DNA of 64,000 bases from Candidatus Latescibacterota bacterium. Lineage in GTDB: Bacteria; Latescibacterota; UBA2968. Below are positions 18,216-27,640 of the stretch, piece after piece. A model generated the notes under the pieces. The model searched no databases and was not told the origin of the DNA. It saw only the letters and a program-made list of their open reading frames with translations. The DNA is taken from contig OZ242320.1 of the NCBI GenBank assembly GCA_965208125.1, positions 2,880,001 through 2,944,000 on the forward strand, in the 5' to 3' direction. How positions within the stretch are numbered: position 1 is the stretch's first letter; each line of letters opens with the position of its first letter. Position numbers and translations under genes: made by a program.

Positions 18216-19247
18216 TCACAGACCCACTGTGCTCGACGCGAGCCACAAATTGGGATGTGTTTTCAGAATCAGATCTGCCACTTTTTGCACCGCCTTTTTT
18301 ACCCCCCAGGTGGGGCGCGGTTGACCCATTGGTGCCAGTTTGATCAATAGCTGATTGTTTTTGCGAAATAAGAGGGATATGCCGAAATATTGGGCGAGTT
18401 CTCCTTCGCGTACCATGACTGAGATGAGGCCGTGATTGTCGGGCAGTTGGCAGTAGATGTCTGTCATTTTGATCACGACCTGCGTATTCCGATGGGTTTC
18501 GCGCCATACCTGATCTGTGGCATGTCCGATAAGTCTCAGTATTTCTTCGCGTTGGTATGCGCCTTCTAATACGATATTTGGCATTTTCCCGACCTTTTGA
18601 ATGTGCGTTTCGACTGATGGTTCCGATTTTTGACGCCAGACAAAATAGTGGATGGGTACGCCCGCATCTATGGCTTTTTGTTCGTATTTGGTGGGGGTGC
18701 GTCCGGGTAACTGGTGAACAGATGGGGTTTCGTAAATGGATTGCAGGTGAGATTGTCGCGTCAATATATCAGTGATCCAGGTTGCGTAATCTGCGTGATC
18801 TGTCGCTATGGTTACCGCGCCGTCAGGTTTTAATCGTTCGGCCAGTATTTTTATAAATGCGTCTTGAATCAGACGCCGGTTGTGGTGTCGTTCTTTGGGC
18901 CATGGATCTGAAAAATTGATCCATATTTCCGATAGGGATTGCGGGGCAAATACATGTTGTAATAAAAATGCGGCGTCACCCTCTATTGCGCGCACATGAT
19001 TTAAGTCCTGAGCGTTTAATCGCTTAAACAATCGGCGCATGGACCCCCAGGCGCGCTCGATTCCGACAAAACACGCATCGGGACGCGCTGTTGCCATATC
19101 GGATAGAAAATGTCCATTGCCAAATCCGATTTCGAGGACGAGGTCGCCTGGCCGATCAAAAATTTGCGGCCAGTCTATCGGCCAATCCAGTTGCAGCCAG
19201 GGGACTGTGTATTTTTGTATTTCCTCGCTGAGCGGTAGAGACATCAT
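18216..19247 (-). CDS. trmB: tRNA (guanine-N7)-methyltransferase, long form
   Basis: LEIGFGNGHF, GIE, INFSDPWPKERHHNRRL, IATDHADY, TKYEQKA; about 120 aa C-terminal extension. Confidence 0.92.
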   Translation of the reverse strand: MMSLPLSEEIQKYTVPWLQLDWPIDWPQIFDRPGDLVLEIGFGNGHFLSDMATARPDACFVGIERAWGSMRRLFKRLNAQDLNHVRAIEGDAAFLLQHVFAPQSLSEIWINFSDPWPKERHHNRRLIQDAFIKILAERLKPDGAVTIATDHADYATWITDILTRQSHLQSIYETPSVHQLPGRTPTKYEQKAIDAGVPIHYFVWRQKSEPSVETHIQKVGKMPNIVLEGAYQREEILRLIGHATDQVWRETHRNTQVVIKMTDIYCQLPDNHGLISVMVREGELAQYFGISLLFRKNNQLLIKLAPMGQPRPTWGVKKAVQKVADLILKTHPNLWLASSTVGL

Positions 19248-19256
19248 GCGTTTAAT

Positions 19257-20087
19257 TCATCTCCGGATTTCCGTAAACCGCTTGATCTGCTCTGTTATCG
19301 CCACTTCCGTCGGCAGGCGTTCCATTGAGCTGGCGCCGTAAAAGCCATCGACTTCTGGAACCCGTTCGAGGATATAAGAGGCGTCTTCTGGTTCGGCAAT
19401 TGGTCCGCCGTGGCAAAGTGTGATTACATCGTCCCGGATCGATTTGCAGGCATTGCAAATTGCCTTTACTTCTTCCACGCAGTCATCGAGCGTTTTTGCC
19501 GTGTGCGCGCCAATTGTGCCCTTGGTTGTCAATCCCATGTGCGCCACAACGATATCTGCGCCTGCTTCTGTCATGAGTTGTCCTTCTTCGACATTGAACG
19601 CATAGGGCGTTGTCAGCATGTCCATCTCATGGGCTGCGGCGATCATTTCCACTTCGAGGTGGTAGCCCATTCCCGTCTCTTCCAGATTGGCGCGAAATAA
19701 CCCGTCGATAAGTCCCACTGTTGGAAAATTTTGAATTCCCGCGAAGCCCAGGTCTCTCAGTTCCCGCAAGAAGTGATCCCGCAACATGAATGGGTCTGTT
19801 CCATTCACCCCGGCGAGCACGGGCGTGTGTGTTACTGCTGTGATGACTTCGTAAGCCATTTCTTTTACTATTTCGTTGGCATTGCCATAGGCCAGGACGC
19901 CCGATAGCGATCCCCGCCCCGCCATGCGATAGCGTCCCGAATTGTAAATTACAATGAGATCAATGCCGCCCGCTTCTTCGCATTTTGCCGAGATTCCCGT
20001 GCCAGCACCACCACCGATAATCGGCAGTCCATCTGAGATTTTTTTTCGCAAGCGTTCTAATATTGATGTTCGGCTCTCTGCTGCCAT
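19257..20087 (-). CDS. TIM-barrel signal transduction / phosphoenolpyruvate hydrolase-like protein
   Basis: [77 protein letters not shown]. Confidence 0.92.
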   Translation of the reverse strand: MAAESRTSILERLRKKISDGLPIIGGGAGTGISAKCEEAGGIDLIVIYNSGRYRMAGRGSLSGVLAYGNANEIVKEMAYEVITAVTHTPVLAGVNGTDPFMLRDHFLRELRDLGFAGIQNFPTVGLIDGLFRANLEETGMGYHLEVEMIAAAHEMDMLTTPYAFNVEEGQLMTEAGADIVVAHMGLTTKGTIGAHTAKTLDDCVEEVKAICNACKSIRDDVITLCHGGPIAEPEDASYILERVPEVDGFYGASSMERLPTEVAITEQIKRFTEIRR

Positions 20088-20103
20088 TGTTGTCTCCTTG
20101 TTT

Positions 20104-21312
20104 TTATTTTATCGCCTGGAAACTCGCCACCAGTGCTGCTGCAAATTCTGGATCGTTGATATTGTTCGCCAGCCGTTTGATTTGTCGGTTTTCCGTTTGT
20201 TCGATTCGCGCTTCCAGGGTTTCAAATAATGCCTTATCTGCATCCGGGTCGTGAAAGGGTTGTCCTTCATCATCGATTAACGATACGCCGTTTTCCGGGA
20301 TTAGAATTTGAATTGGTACCGTTGATTGGTTCAATTTGTTCGCCATCCATTCGGCAAATTGGCGGTTTTCATCCGCTGTTGTTCGCATCAATGTGACCTG
20401 GGCGTTGTGTACGTGGAGTGTGCGATTTTTGAATTGTTCGGGGACGGTTTCTACTGCGCCAAAATTTACCATGTCGAGCGCGCCCAGGCTTACGACATAA
20501 GGTATTTCACGCGCGAGAATGCAATCCATTCGCTCAGGTCCGGCGGGAAATACGCCGCCTACTACTTCGTCGGCGACTTCGGTTGTGGTGATATCCAGAA
20601 CGCCGTCGATCATTCCACTTTCGACCAGTTTTTCCATTGCCTGTCCACCCGTTCCTGTAGCGTGAAATACCAGGCAGTCATATCCGTCTTTTTCCAGTGC
20701 CTCGCGGACCATGGTTACACACGGCGTTGTTACGCCAAACATGGTCATTCCAAGCGTGGGTTTGTCTTCGGCCTCTGCAACAGTGTTTACGACCATTCCC
20801 GCAATTGCATGCGCTGCATTGCCCAGTACTTGCCGAGATACGCGGTTGATTCCGGCTACATCTACCACGGAGTACATCATCGCTATATCACAACACCCCA
20901 CATAAGGTTCGGTATTGCCACTGGCGACGGTGGATACCATGATTTTGGGTACGCCGATGGGCAATGCCTGCATTGCCGGCGTGATGAGTGCTGTGCCCCC
21001 GCTGCCCCCAATGCCAATAATACCCGCTACGTCGCCTTTGGCGTATTCTTGCAGCAAGTAGGCGCACAGTGCTTCTCCCATCGCTGTTACGGCGTCGCCC
21101 CGGTCCGTATGTCCGATTACGGCGTCCGTTCCGCCCGCGTGACAGGCGGCTATGGTTTCCCGCGATACATCCGGCACGCCGCCTTGCGCGTCGCTCTGCG
21201 TGCCTACATCTATGACTGTCACCTCTGCGCCCGCGTTTCGAATGCATTCGGCGACATACCCGATTTCTTCACCTTTGGTATCCATTGTTGCAATTGCGTA
21301 TATACTGCCCAT
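20104..21312 (-). CDS. Tm-1-like ATP-binding domain protein (UPF0261)
   Basis: [72 protein letters not shown]. Confidence 0.92.
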   Translation of the reverse strand: MGSIYAIATMDTKGEEIGYVAECIRNAGAEVTVIDVGTQSDAQGGVPDVSRETIAACHAGGTDAVIGHTDRGDAVTAMGEALCAYLLQEYAKGDVAGIIGIGGSGGTALITPAMQALPIGVPKIMVSTVASGNTEPYVGCCDIAMMYSVVDVAGINRVSRQVLGNAAHAIAGMVVNTVAEAEDKPTLGMTMFGVTTPCVTMVREALEKDGYDCLVFHATGTGGQAMEKLVESGMIDGVLDITTTEVADEVVGGVFPAGPERMDCILAREIPYVVSLGALDMVNFGAVETVPEQFKNRTLHVHNAQVTLMRTTADENRQFAEWMANKLNQSTVPIQILIPENGVSLIDDEGQPFHDPDADKALFETLEARIEQTENRQIKRLANNINDPEFAAALVASFQAIK

Positions 21313-21342
21313 TATACTCTCCTTAATTTGATAAGTTGCTTT

Positions 21343-23133
21343 TTAACCGCTGTTCCATCGTATATTACCCGGTTCGGGAGAAGATAGCAATATCATTCCC
21401 TGTCTGCGCGCCCAGATGTGTGCGGCTCTGGCGAGTACGGAGTGATCGGCATTTAGATATGTTAGAGCCATTTCCTCAGTGCCATACTGATGCAGGGCCT
21501 GGACGAGCAGGAGTTCTGCTTCGGACATCCCGTTTCGGATGAAGAAGGCATGCGCGGCTGCTACGATCAGGGTGCGTTTCTGTTCCAGGGCTTGCAGGAG
21601 TTTTTGGGTCGCCCTGGGGGTGGCAATCTCTCCCAGAGCTTCGGCAGAGCGCCATTGCACTTCTGGCTCGGGATGGTCGATGTGTTCCAGAAAATAGGTT
21701 TCTATTCGCAGAGTCGCTTCCCGTTCCCGCCAGTTGGTATCCAGGCGGTCCAGCACCCGCACCATTCGCCGCGCCCATATCCGTCCTTTACCGATAACCG
21801 AGATGAGAGTATCTGCCACAGACGCATCGCCGATTGATCCCAGGGCATCGGCCGCTGCCCAGCGCACTTCGGCTGACTGATCGTTCAGCGTTTTCAACAG
21901 GGGAGCGATGGCACCGCGGTCTCCAATTTCTCCCAAAGCCTCGGTCGCAATGCGTCGGACCTGTACCGATGTGTCGTCCAACTGCTCAGTTAGCAAAGCC
22001 GTTGCGCGGGAGTCCTTCAGCACACCCAGAGTTAGTATTGTTCCCAGGCGAAATACGCCGTGTTCTGTATTGGACAGGATGGTCATGAGTGGTTCGACGG
22101 CGCGTGTGTCGCGCAGTTCTCCCAGTGCCAGGGCAGCGGCTGAAACGATGCCGGGGTCACGATGTTCGAGGGCTTCTACCAGTGGTTCGACGGCTCGCGC
22201 ATCGCGGAGTTCGCCCAGGGCTTTTATAGCGATATACTGTACTTGCAGGTTCGGATCTTTTAGTGCCTTAAGGAGAGACGGTACTACCCGGGCGTCTCCG
22301 ATCTGCCCCAGGGCCTCGACAGCCTGTATCCGCGCCATCAGGTCTTCGTTCGCCAGTTGTGCGATAAAAAAGTCCATGGTAGTACCCGCACGCGTTTTCC
22401 ACCCGGCATCCATTTCCGATAGTACCTGAACTACCTCGTAGCGCGATTGGTTTGGCGTCTTCAATCCGTCAATCAGGCGATTGATCGCCTCTTCAGCAGG
22501 TGCAGAAGTACGCCACGATGGATCGATGGTGTCGAGTGCCCATACCATTACCCGGCGCAGTTCTCTGTCTGCCTGTGGCAGAGCCCCAATCAGGGGTGCC
22601 AGGGCCTGTTGACTTTTTGTGCGGGCGAGGGTCAGTGAGGCTACCCACCGCACATCGCGTGCCTTATCGGTCAGCGCGGTGGTCAGTGCCTTTACGGACC
22701 GGTCGCCCCCCGCGGTACCCAGACTTTGAATTGCCCCCAGGCTCAGGGCCCCTTCTCGCTCTTGCGCGATCCGCAGCAAGGTTTCCACAGCCTTTTCGCC
22801 TCCGATATTGCCCAGGGCTTCGACCACGGTCAGACCCACCATGACATTTGGGTCGCGAACAATCGCAATCAGCGAATCTACTGCCCGCCGATCTCCCAAT
22901 TTACCCAGGGCTTCGCTTGCGGCCAATCTCACCTGTGCATCTCGGTCTTTGAGGGTTTGAATGAGAGCCGGAACCGCACGTCGGTCACCCATTTCTCCTA
23001 TTTGTATCGCTGCGCGGGTACGGTCCGCGGGGTTGGGGTGATTTAGATGTTGTATCCAGTCGTCGGCTTTGGAAGCGCAGCCTGCGGTAAGCAAGCCCAG
23101 AATAATCAACCACAATTCGCTTTTTATGATCAC
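21343..23133 (-). CDS. HEAT (PBS-lyase-type) repeat lipoprotein
   Basis: Many repeats of AxxALGxxGDxRAVxxLxxxLxD; lipobox LTAG|C; AGGAGG RBS before GTG at 23133. Confidence 0.88.
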   Translation of the reverse strand: MIIKSELWLIILGLLTAGCASKADDWIQHLNHPNPADRTRAAIQIGEMGDRRAVPALIQTLKDRDAQVRLAASEALGKLGDRRAVDSLIAIVRDPNVMVGLTVVEALGNIGGEKAVETLLRIAQEREGALSLGAIQSLGTAGGDRSVKALTTALTDKARDVRWVASLTLARTKSQQALAPLIGALPQADRELRRVMVWALDTIDPSWRTSAPAEEAINRLIDGLKTPNQSRYEVVQVLSEMDAGWKTRAGTTMDFFIAQLANEDLMARIQAVEALGQIGDARVVPSLLKALKDPNLQVQYIAIKALGELRDARAVEPLVEALEHRDPGIVSAAALALGELRDTRAVEPLMTILSNTEHGVFRLGTILTLGVLKDSRATALLTEQLDDTSVQVRRIATEALGEIGDRGAIAPLLKTLNDQSAEVRWAAADALGSIGDASVADTLISVIGKGRIWARRMVRVLDRLDTNWREREATLRIETYFLEHIDHPEPEVQWRSAEALGEIATPRATQKLLQALEQKRTLIVAAAHAFFIRNGMSEAELLLVQALHQYGTEEMALTYLNADHSVLARAAHIWARRQGMILLSSPEPGNIRWNSG

Positions 23134-23158
23134 ATCTCGCCTCCTGCATTGTCTCATA

Positions 23159-23187
23159 TTGACAGCGATTGTTTTATCCGGTATCAT
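23159..23187 (+). promoter_or_regulatory. Sigma-70 promoter
   Basis: TTGACA-17 nt-TATCAT, 40 bp upstream of ATG 23227. Confidence 0.65.
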
Positions 23188-23226
23188 TGAGCATTAACTA
23201 ACTATTTGTCGATGGGGAATGTGTTC

Positions 23227-24219
23227 ATGAATCGATTCTTACAGGTTTGGTTGGTCTGTTTTGTGGTCGCCTGCGGTTCGTCTGACAAGGGACTCCAGCC
23301 CGAAGAAAACATTATTTTATCCGAAGGCGACATTTTGCTCACAGACGCCTCCCAGCGTGCGCTGTTCCGCATCCATCCCAGCACGGGAGACCGAACCGTT
23401 GTCACCAGCAGCATCGGCGGTGTTCCTCGGCAGATCGCCCGGGATGCCAATGGCGACCTTCTGATAGCCCTCTCTGAAAGAAGCCTGCCCATTGTCCTGC
23501 GGTTCGATGTCCGGACGGGTGATCTTTTTATTGTGTCTTCAGGCGGTAGCCCTGTTGATCCCAATGTCCCGATCATCGGTTCAGGTCCCGCGTTTTTAGG
23601 ACCAGTCGGTCTGGTGCGAGAAACATCTGGACAACTCATAGTCGGCGATCAGCCTTCCGCCACTATCTTTCGCGTTGATCCCGATAGTGGTGACCGCACG
23701 GTCGTCTCTGGTCCTGGCCGGGGCGATGGGCCACCCTTTACTGGTCGCATTAAGCAGTTTGCCCTGGATGCCGATGGCAATCTCCTGTTGGTGGTCGGCT
23801 CAGTTTCGCAGGGGGGCGAGGGGCGTATTTTCCGCATTGATCCCAATAGTGGCGACCGCACGGTTATCTCTGGTCCAGAAATGGGTGAGGGACCCCGACT
23901 GATGGATCCGGAAGGCATTGTTCTGAACACCCTTAACACCATTTTTGTCACCGATATCGGCCAGGCCGCTGTTATTCAAATTGATCCTATCAGTGGAAAC
24001 CGCACCATCATTTCAAGCCCTTTTACGGGTGAGGGCGAATTGCCCGATATTCCCTCTGGCCTCGCTTTTAATACTCTCGATCAACTCCTGGTAGCAGATC
24101 GCACCCTTATCTACCGCGTGGATATCGATACTGGCGATCGCACGGTTATTTCGGCTCCCGTCATTGGTCAGGGCGAACCCTTTCTGGTGGCGGATGATAT
24201 TTTTGTGATTAAGAATTGA
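23227..24219 (+). CDS. Beta-propeller (NHL/SMP-30-like repeat) lipoprotein
   Basis: Lipobox VVA|C; six repeats of FRIDPxxGDRTVIS; two repeats are 36/40 identical in DNA (23675-23714 and 23837-23876). Confidence 0.75.
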   Translation: MNRFLQVWLVCFVVACGSSDKGLQPEENIILSEGDILLTDASQRALFRIHPSTGDRTVVTSSIGGVPRQIARDANGDLLIALSERSLPIVLRFDVRTGDLFIVSSGGSPVDPNVPIIGSGPAFLGPVGLVRETSGQLIVGDQPSATIFRVDPDSGDRTVVSGPGRGDGPPFTGRIKQFALDADGNLLLVVGSVSQGGEGRIFRIDPNSGDRTVISGPEMGEGPRLMDPEGIVLNTLNTIFVTDIGQAAVIQIDPISGNRTIISSPFTGEGELPDIPSGLAFNTLDQLLVADRTLIYRVDIDTGDRTVISAPVIGQGEPFLVADDIFVIKN

Positions 24220-24220
24220 T

Positions 24221-25771
24221 TTATTTGACCTCTATATTCTGAATCATTTGCAGGCCCTGCCGTGCGTCCGGATGGGTTGGGTCAATTTGAACCGCGCGTT
24301 CGAAATATACCTGTGCCGAGTCTGCGCGACCCTGATTGAGCAATAGCGTTCCCAACTTCACATGTCCATCGTAGAACCGGGGTGACAACTCGATTGAGCG
24401 GCGAAATGCCGCTTCCGCACCGGCTATATCTCGGAATCTTTCCAGGGCCATCCCCAGATCGTAATGCGCTGTGAAAAGCGTGGGTTCCAGGTCGAGGGCT
24501 TTTCGGAATTGGGCAATGGCCAGGCCGAGAAATCCCCGCCGGTCCAGTGCATATCCGATTTGCAAATAGGCTTCTACATCTCCGGGAGCCAGCGCATCGG
24601 CCGCTGCTTGCTCTCGCGCGGCCAGGTCCATCCGACCATTTCCCGCGTGGCGCGCCGCACGTTCCAGGTGCATCATATAGACTTCGCACTGCCGGCTCAA
24701 TGCTACTCCCGAGCGATAAACGCCCAATCCGATGCCCACAAATAATGCGATCACGCCGATGCGGAAAAGCCATTGTCTGTTCCACCAGGCGCGGCCCTGC
24801 AGGAATAAGACCGCGGCTACCGGTGTTGTGACAAAACCTGTACCGAATCCCTCAGCTACCCAGGCGATAATCGCACAGGCCAGAATATAGGGCATGGATA
24901 CTTTTGGCAATGCCATGAGACATAGCAGGGCGAGGGGAATCAGCGAAATTAGCAGATCTGGTCGTCCGCCAATGCCTACCTGCGCTACGACCATTACCGC
25001 TGTGAACAGTCCTATGCACACCCACATTAATTCGTGTCGCGACCTGTGCTTGTTTGAGGTTGTTTCCACAGTTGTTGAGGCTGCGCCAGTCAGTGCCAGA
25101 ATGCCCAGGGTCAGGATGCTTATCCAGTGCCAGAGTACAAAAGGCTGTGTGGGAACCGCGCGTGAAATCGGCTCGGAAAACAGGTGTAAAAACAGGTGTA
25201 AAAGAAATACGCCCCACAGCGCGTGCGCCCAGACTCTGCGCCGATAGGGCGTACAGAATGCCAGAAAATAGGGGATAAAGAACTCGAATCCCACTGCAAA
25301 CCACTCCGCTATCCCCACAGTTGGTACACCGACAAAAAAACGGTTGTGCGTCGGTATGCTCCACACCCACCAGCCCGCGGCTGCTGCGCCGCCTTCTACT
25401 CCATAGCCCACGGCTGCCATTCCCACGCAAGTCATCCCTACCGTGGCCATCATATCGCCTTTAAGCGCGGGTATTCGCGCCAGCACCCGCTCAGCCAGCC
25501 ACCAACTCACATAGAGGGCAAAAATCCATCCGATTACCGCCTGTAATGACGCTGAAAATATCTGCACTACTGGCTGCGTGAATACATAGGGCATCACGCC
25601 TCCCTGCGATTCGACTGTGATCCAGTGAATCACATTTCCCCGCACGACGCCAAACAGAAACGCCGAGATGAAAAAACTTAGCGCAATGCGGCGGCCCCGA
25701 TGGGACCAGGCGTGCCACATCAGCACGGCTATTGCCACAGCAGAGGGCACAAAAAGCAGAAGCGTTTTCAT
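24221..25771 (-). CDS. Polytopic membrane protein with CruF-like (carotenoid hydratase family) N-terminal domain and C-terminal TPRs
   Basis: Many TM segments; E..A...GWWVW......FVGVP..GIAEWF resembles the CruF-family motif; 3-4 TPRs (AYLQIGYAL, AHYDLGMAL, GHVKLGTLL). Confidence 0.6.
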   Translation of the reverse strand: MKTLLLFVPSAVAIAVLMWHAWSHRGRRIALSFFISAFLFGVVRGNVIHWITVESQGGVMPYVFTQPVVQIFSASLQAVIGWIFALYVSWWLAERVLARIPALKGDMMATVGMTCVGMAAVGYGVEGGAAAAGWWVWSIPTHNRFFVGVPTVGIAEWFAVGFEFFIPYFLAFCTPYRRRVWAHALWGVFLLHLFLHLFSEPISRAVPTQPFVLWHWISILTLGILALTGAASTTVETTSNKHRSRHELMWVCIGLFTAVMVVAQVGIGGRPDLLISLIPLALLCLMALPKVSMPYILACAIIAWVAEGFGTGFVTTPVAAVLFLQGRAWWNRQWLFRIGVIALFVGIGLGVYRSGVALSRQCEVYMMHLERAARHAGNGRMDLAAREQAAADALAPGDVEAYLQIGYALDRRGFLGLAIAQFRKALDLEPTLFTAHYDLGMALERFRDIAGAEAAFRRSIELSPRFYDGHVKLGTLLLNQGRADSAQVYFERAVQIDPTHPDARQGLQMIQNIEVK

Positions 25772-25784
25772 GGCTCCTCTTGTT

Positions 25785-26744
25785 TTATATTAGGATGTCT
25801 GACTGCGTATGGGGTGCGTGGTTTTTGATAAACCAGAGATAGAGCACCTGACTGTAGGAAAAAAATACCATCTGTTTTCGTTGAAAAAAGGGTTCCAGTT
25901 CTTTTTGCAATTTTCGCAGGTTGTAAAATGGTACGCCCGGGAAATAGTGGTGTTCCAGGTGATATGTCGAAAACAGATAGAGAAAATTCCATATCCAATT
26001 GGATCGCATGAGGGTTGTCCAGTTGGCGATTTCATCCGGGTTTATCATATAGTGCTGTCCCAACCGGTTGACAGTAAAAGCAATGGGAAAGATAAAAAAT
26101 ACCGGAAAAAGATGCGCTTTGAACGCAAACCACGGGTCCAGCGTCCAGAACCATGTCAGAATTCCCAGGTGCAGGATGATTCCCACTGTGCGTTCTCGTT
26201 TGATCTGGCGGCACAGTTGTTCTGGATAGCCTTTAAAGGTTTCGGCTACTGCCCGAAAATAAATGGGGAATAGCATTGGCGTGCAGTAAAGTAGCTTGAA
26301 CCACGGCGAGTTGATGCGGGGGGACAGGTGCGCGCGTTTGGGGTCGGCGTGCGTCGAACCCAGGTGATCGTGATGGTCCAGATGCCACCGCTTGAACTGT
26401 GAAAATGCCAGCCCGGAAATCCACCCGTACACAAGCCCCAGGAGGTCGTTGAGCCGGGGCTTCTTGCGGAAAATGCACCGGTGTACGGATTCGTGTAGCA
26501 AAACGGAGAAGCTGAAAATTACGAATCCCAATAGTACGCTTGCGGGAAACCAGCCCCAGAATGAATCGACGTAATAAATCCAGATGGGTAGCCCCACCAC
26601 CAGTGCTGTCTGCCGGAAGGCGATCCAAAAATGTCGCCAGGGTCGCCGCTGGTGCAGGTCTGTCAGCCGTTGTTTTGGTATTGCCGCCCTCAGTTCCCGG
26701 TTTAAGTCTCGCGCATGGTCGTGATATGTCAGTTCCGCTGCCAT
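25785..26744 (-). CDS. Membrane fatty-acid-desaturase superfamily di-iron enzyme
   Basis: Three His boxes HESVH, HLDHH, HLEHH, then FPGVPFYNL; GGAGG RBS before ATG 26744. Confidence 0.9.
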   Translation of the reverse strand: MAAELTYHDHARDLNRELRAAIPKQRLTDLHQRRPWRHFWIAFRQTALVVGLPIWIYYVDSFWGWFPASVLLGFVIFSFSVLLHESVHRCIFRKKPRLNDLLGLVYGWISGLAFSQFKRWHLDHHDHLGSTHADPKRAHLSPRINSPWFKLLYCTPMLFPIYFRAVAETFKGYPEQLCRQIKRERTVGIILHLGILTWFWTLDPWFAFKAHLFPVFFIFPIAFTVNRLGQHYMINPDEIANWTTLMRSNWIWNFLYLFSTYHLEHHYFPGVPFYNLRKLQKELEPFFQRKQMVFFSYSQVLYLWFIKNHAPHTQSDILI

Positions 26745-26758
26745 GGCAAACCTCCGCG

Positions 26759-27640
26759 TTAGCCGATTGCAAATACACACACAAACCCCACATGTCCCGC
26801 CATTAATAGCAAATACATGTGTTTCCACGAAATGTGATTGGATTCAAATGTCAACGCCTCGGGACGCTTCAACATCAACCAGCCGACATATCCTCCCCAA
26901 AGTGCCAGAAAGCCCAGCCACTGCGCGCTCGACGGCACCCATTCCCACATCGCACCAATGGGAATGAGCGCAAAGGGCAATACCAGAAAAGGCAGTATCA
27001 TCCAGGCTGCTCGCCGGGGTCCCAATAGTACGGGTAGGGTCTGCATGCCGAAGGCGCGGTCTCCTTCCACATCTGCGAAATCTTTGGTGTTGCTGGCTCC
27101 AAACACGTAGAGGCCGAATATCAGGCCCACAAACCAGGGTGCCGGGTGCCATATAGGTTCCACAGCCGCCCATCCCCCTACGGGTAGCAAACACCCCCGT
27201 CCAAATCCCAGTGCCAGGCTTGAAGAGAGTGCGTGCCGTTTTAGCCGCAAGGGCGGTGCTGAATAGGCCAGTGTGAGCAATGCGCCCACCGCGAAGATGT
27301 CCAGCAGCCGGGGATGTACCAGATAGGCGAGTCCGAGGGCGATGATATAACACGCGGTTCCCAGCAGTGCCGCCCCGCGCATGGATACGCTTCCCGAGGG
27401 CAAGGGACGGGTGGGTTTGTTGATCCGATCAATTTCCAGGTCGCAGCACTGGTTGATGATATTCGATCCCGCATTCAGGATTGTAACAGCCAGCGTGCCT
27501 ACCAGGCCTGCTGTTGGGATCTCTCCACCGGTAGCCATTGCCGATCCCGCGAGAAATCCCACGGCAGGTGCCAGTAGTGTGAAGGGGCGTGCGAGTCCCA
27601 CAAAGGCGCGGAATCCATTTTGTTCCATAGAATTGCTCAT
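26759..27640 (-). CDS. UbiA-family prenyltransferase (homogentisate-PT / DGGGP-synthase-like motifs)
   Basis: LARPFTL, NQCCDLEIDRINKPTRPLPSG, YSAPPLRLK, KDFADVEGD..GMQTLPV; ATG overlaps the upstream stop (ATGA). Confidence 0.9.
   Translation of the reverse strand: MSNSMEQNGFRAFVGLARPFTLLAPAVGFLAGSAMATGGEIPTAGLVGTLAVTILNAGSNIINQCCDLEIDRINKPTRPLPSGSVSMRGAALLGTACYIIALGLAYLVHPRLLDIFAVGALLTLAYSAPPLRLKRHALSSSLALGFGRGCLLPVGGWAAVEPIWHPAPWFVGLIFGLYVFGASNTKDFADVEGDRAFGMQTLPVLLGPRRAAWMILPFLVLPFALIPIGAMWEWVPSSAQWLGFLALWGGYVGWLMLKRPEALTFESNHISWKHMYLLLMAGHVGFVCVFAIG

Noticed and set aside
23675-23876. 40-bp direct repeats as a possible CRISPR or DGR template/variable pair
   Set aside because: In-frame protein repeats of a beta-propeller; only two close copies; no cas or reverse transcriptase gene in the window.
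24221-27640. Canonical carotenoid or archaeal ether lipid cluster
   Set aside because: No phytoene synthase/desaturase or GGGP synthase in the window; kept only as an unknown isoprenoid pathway hypothesis.
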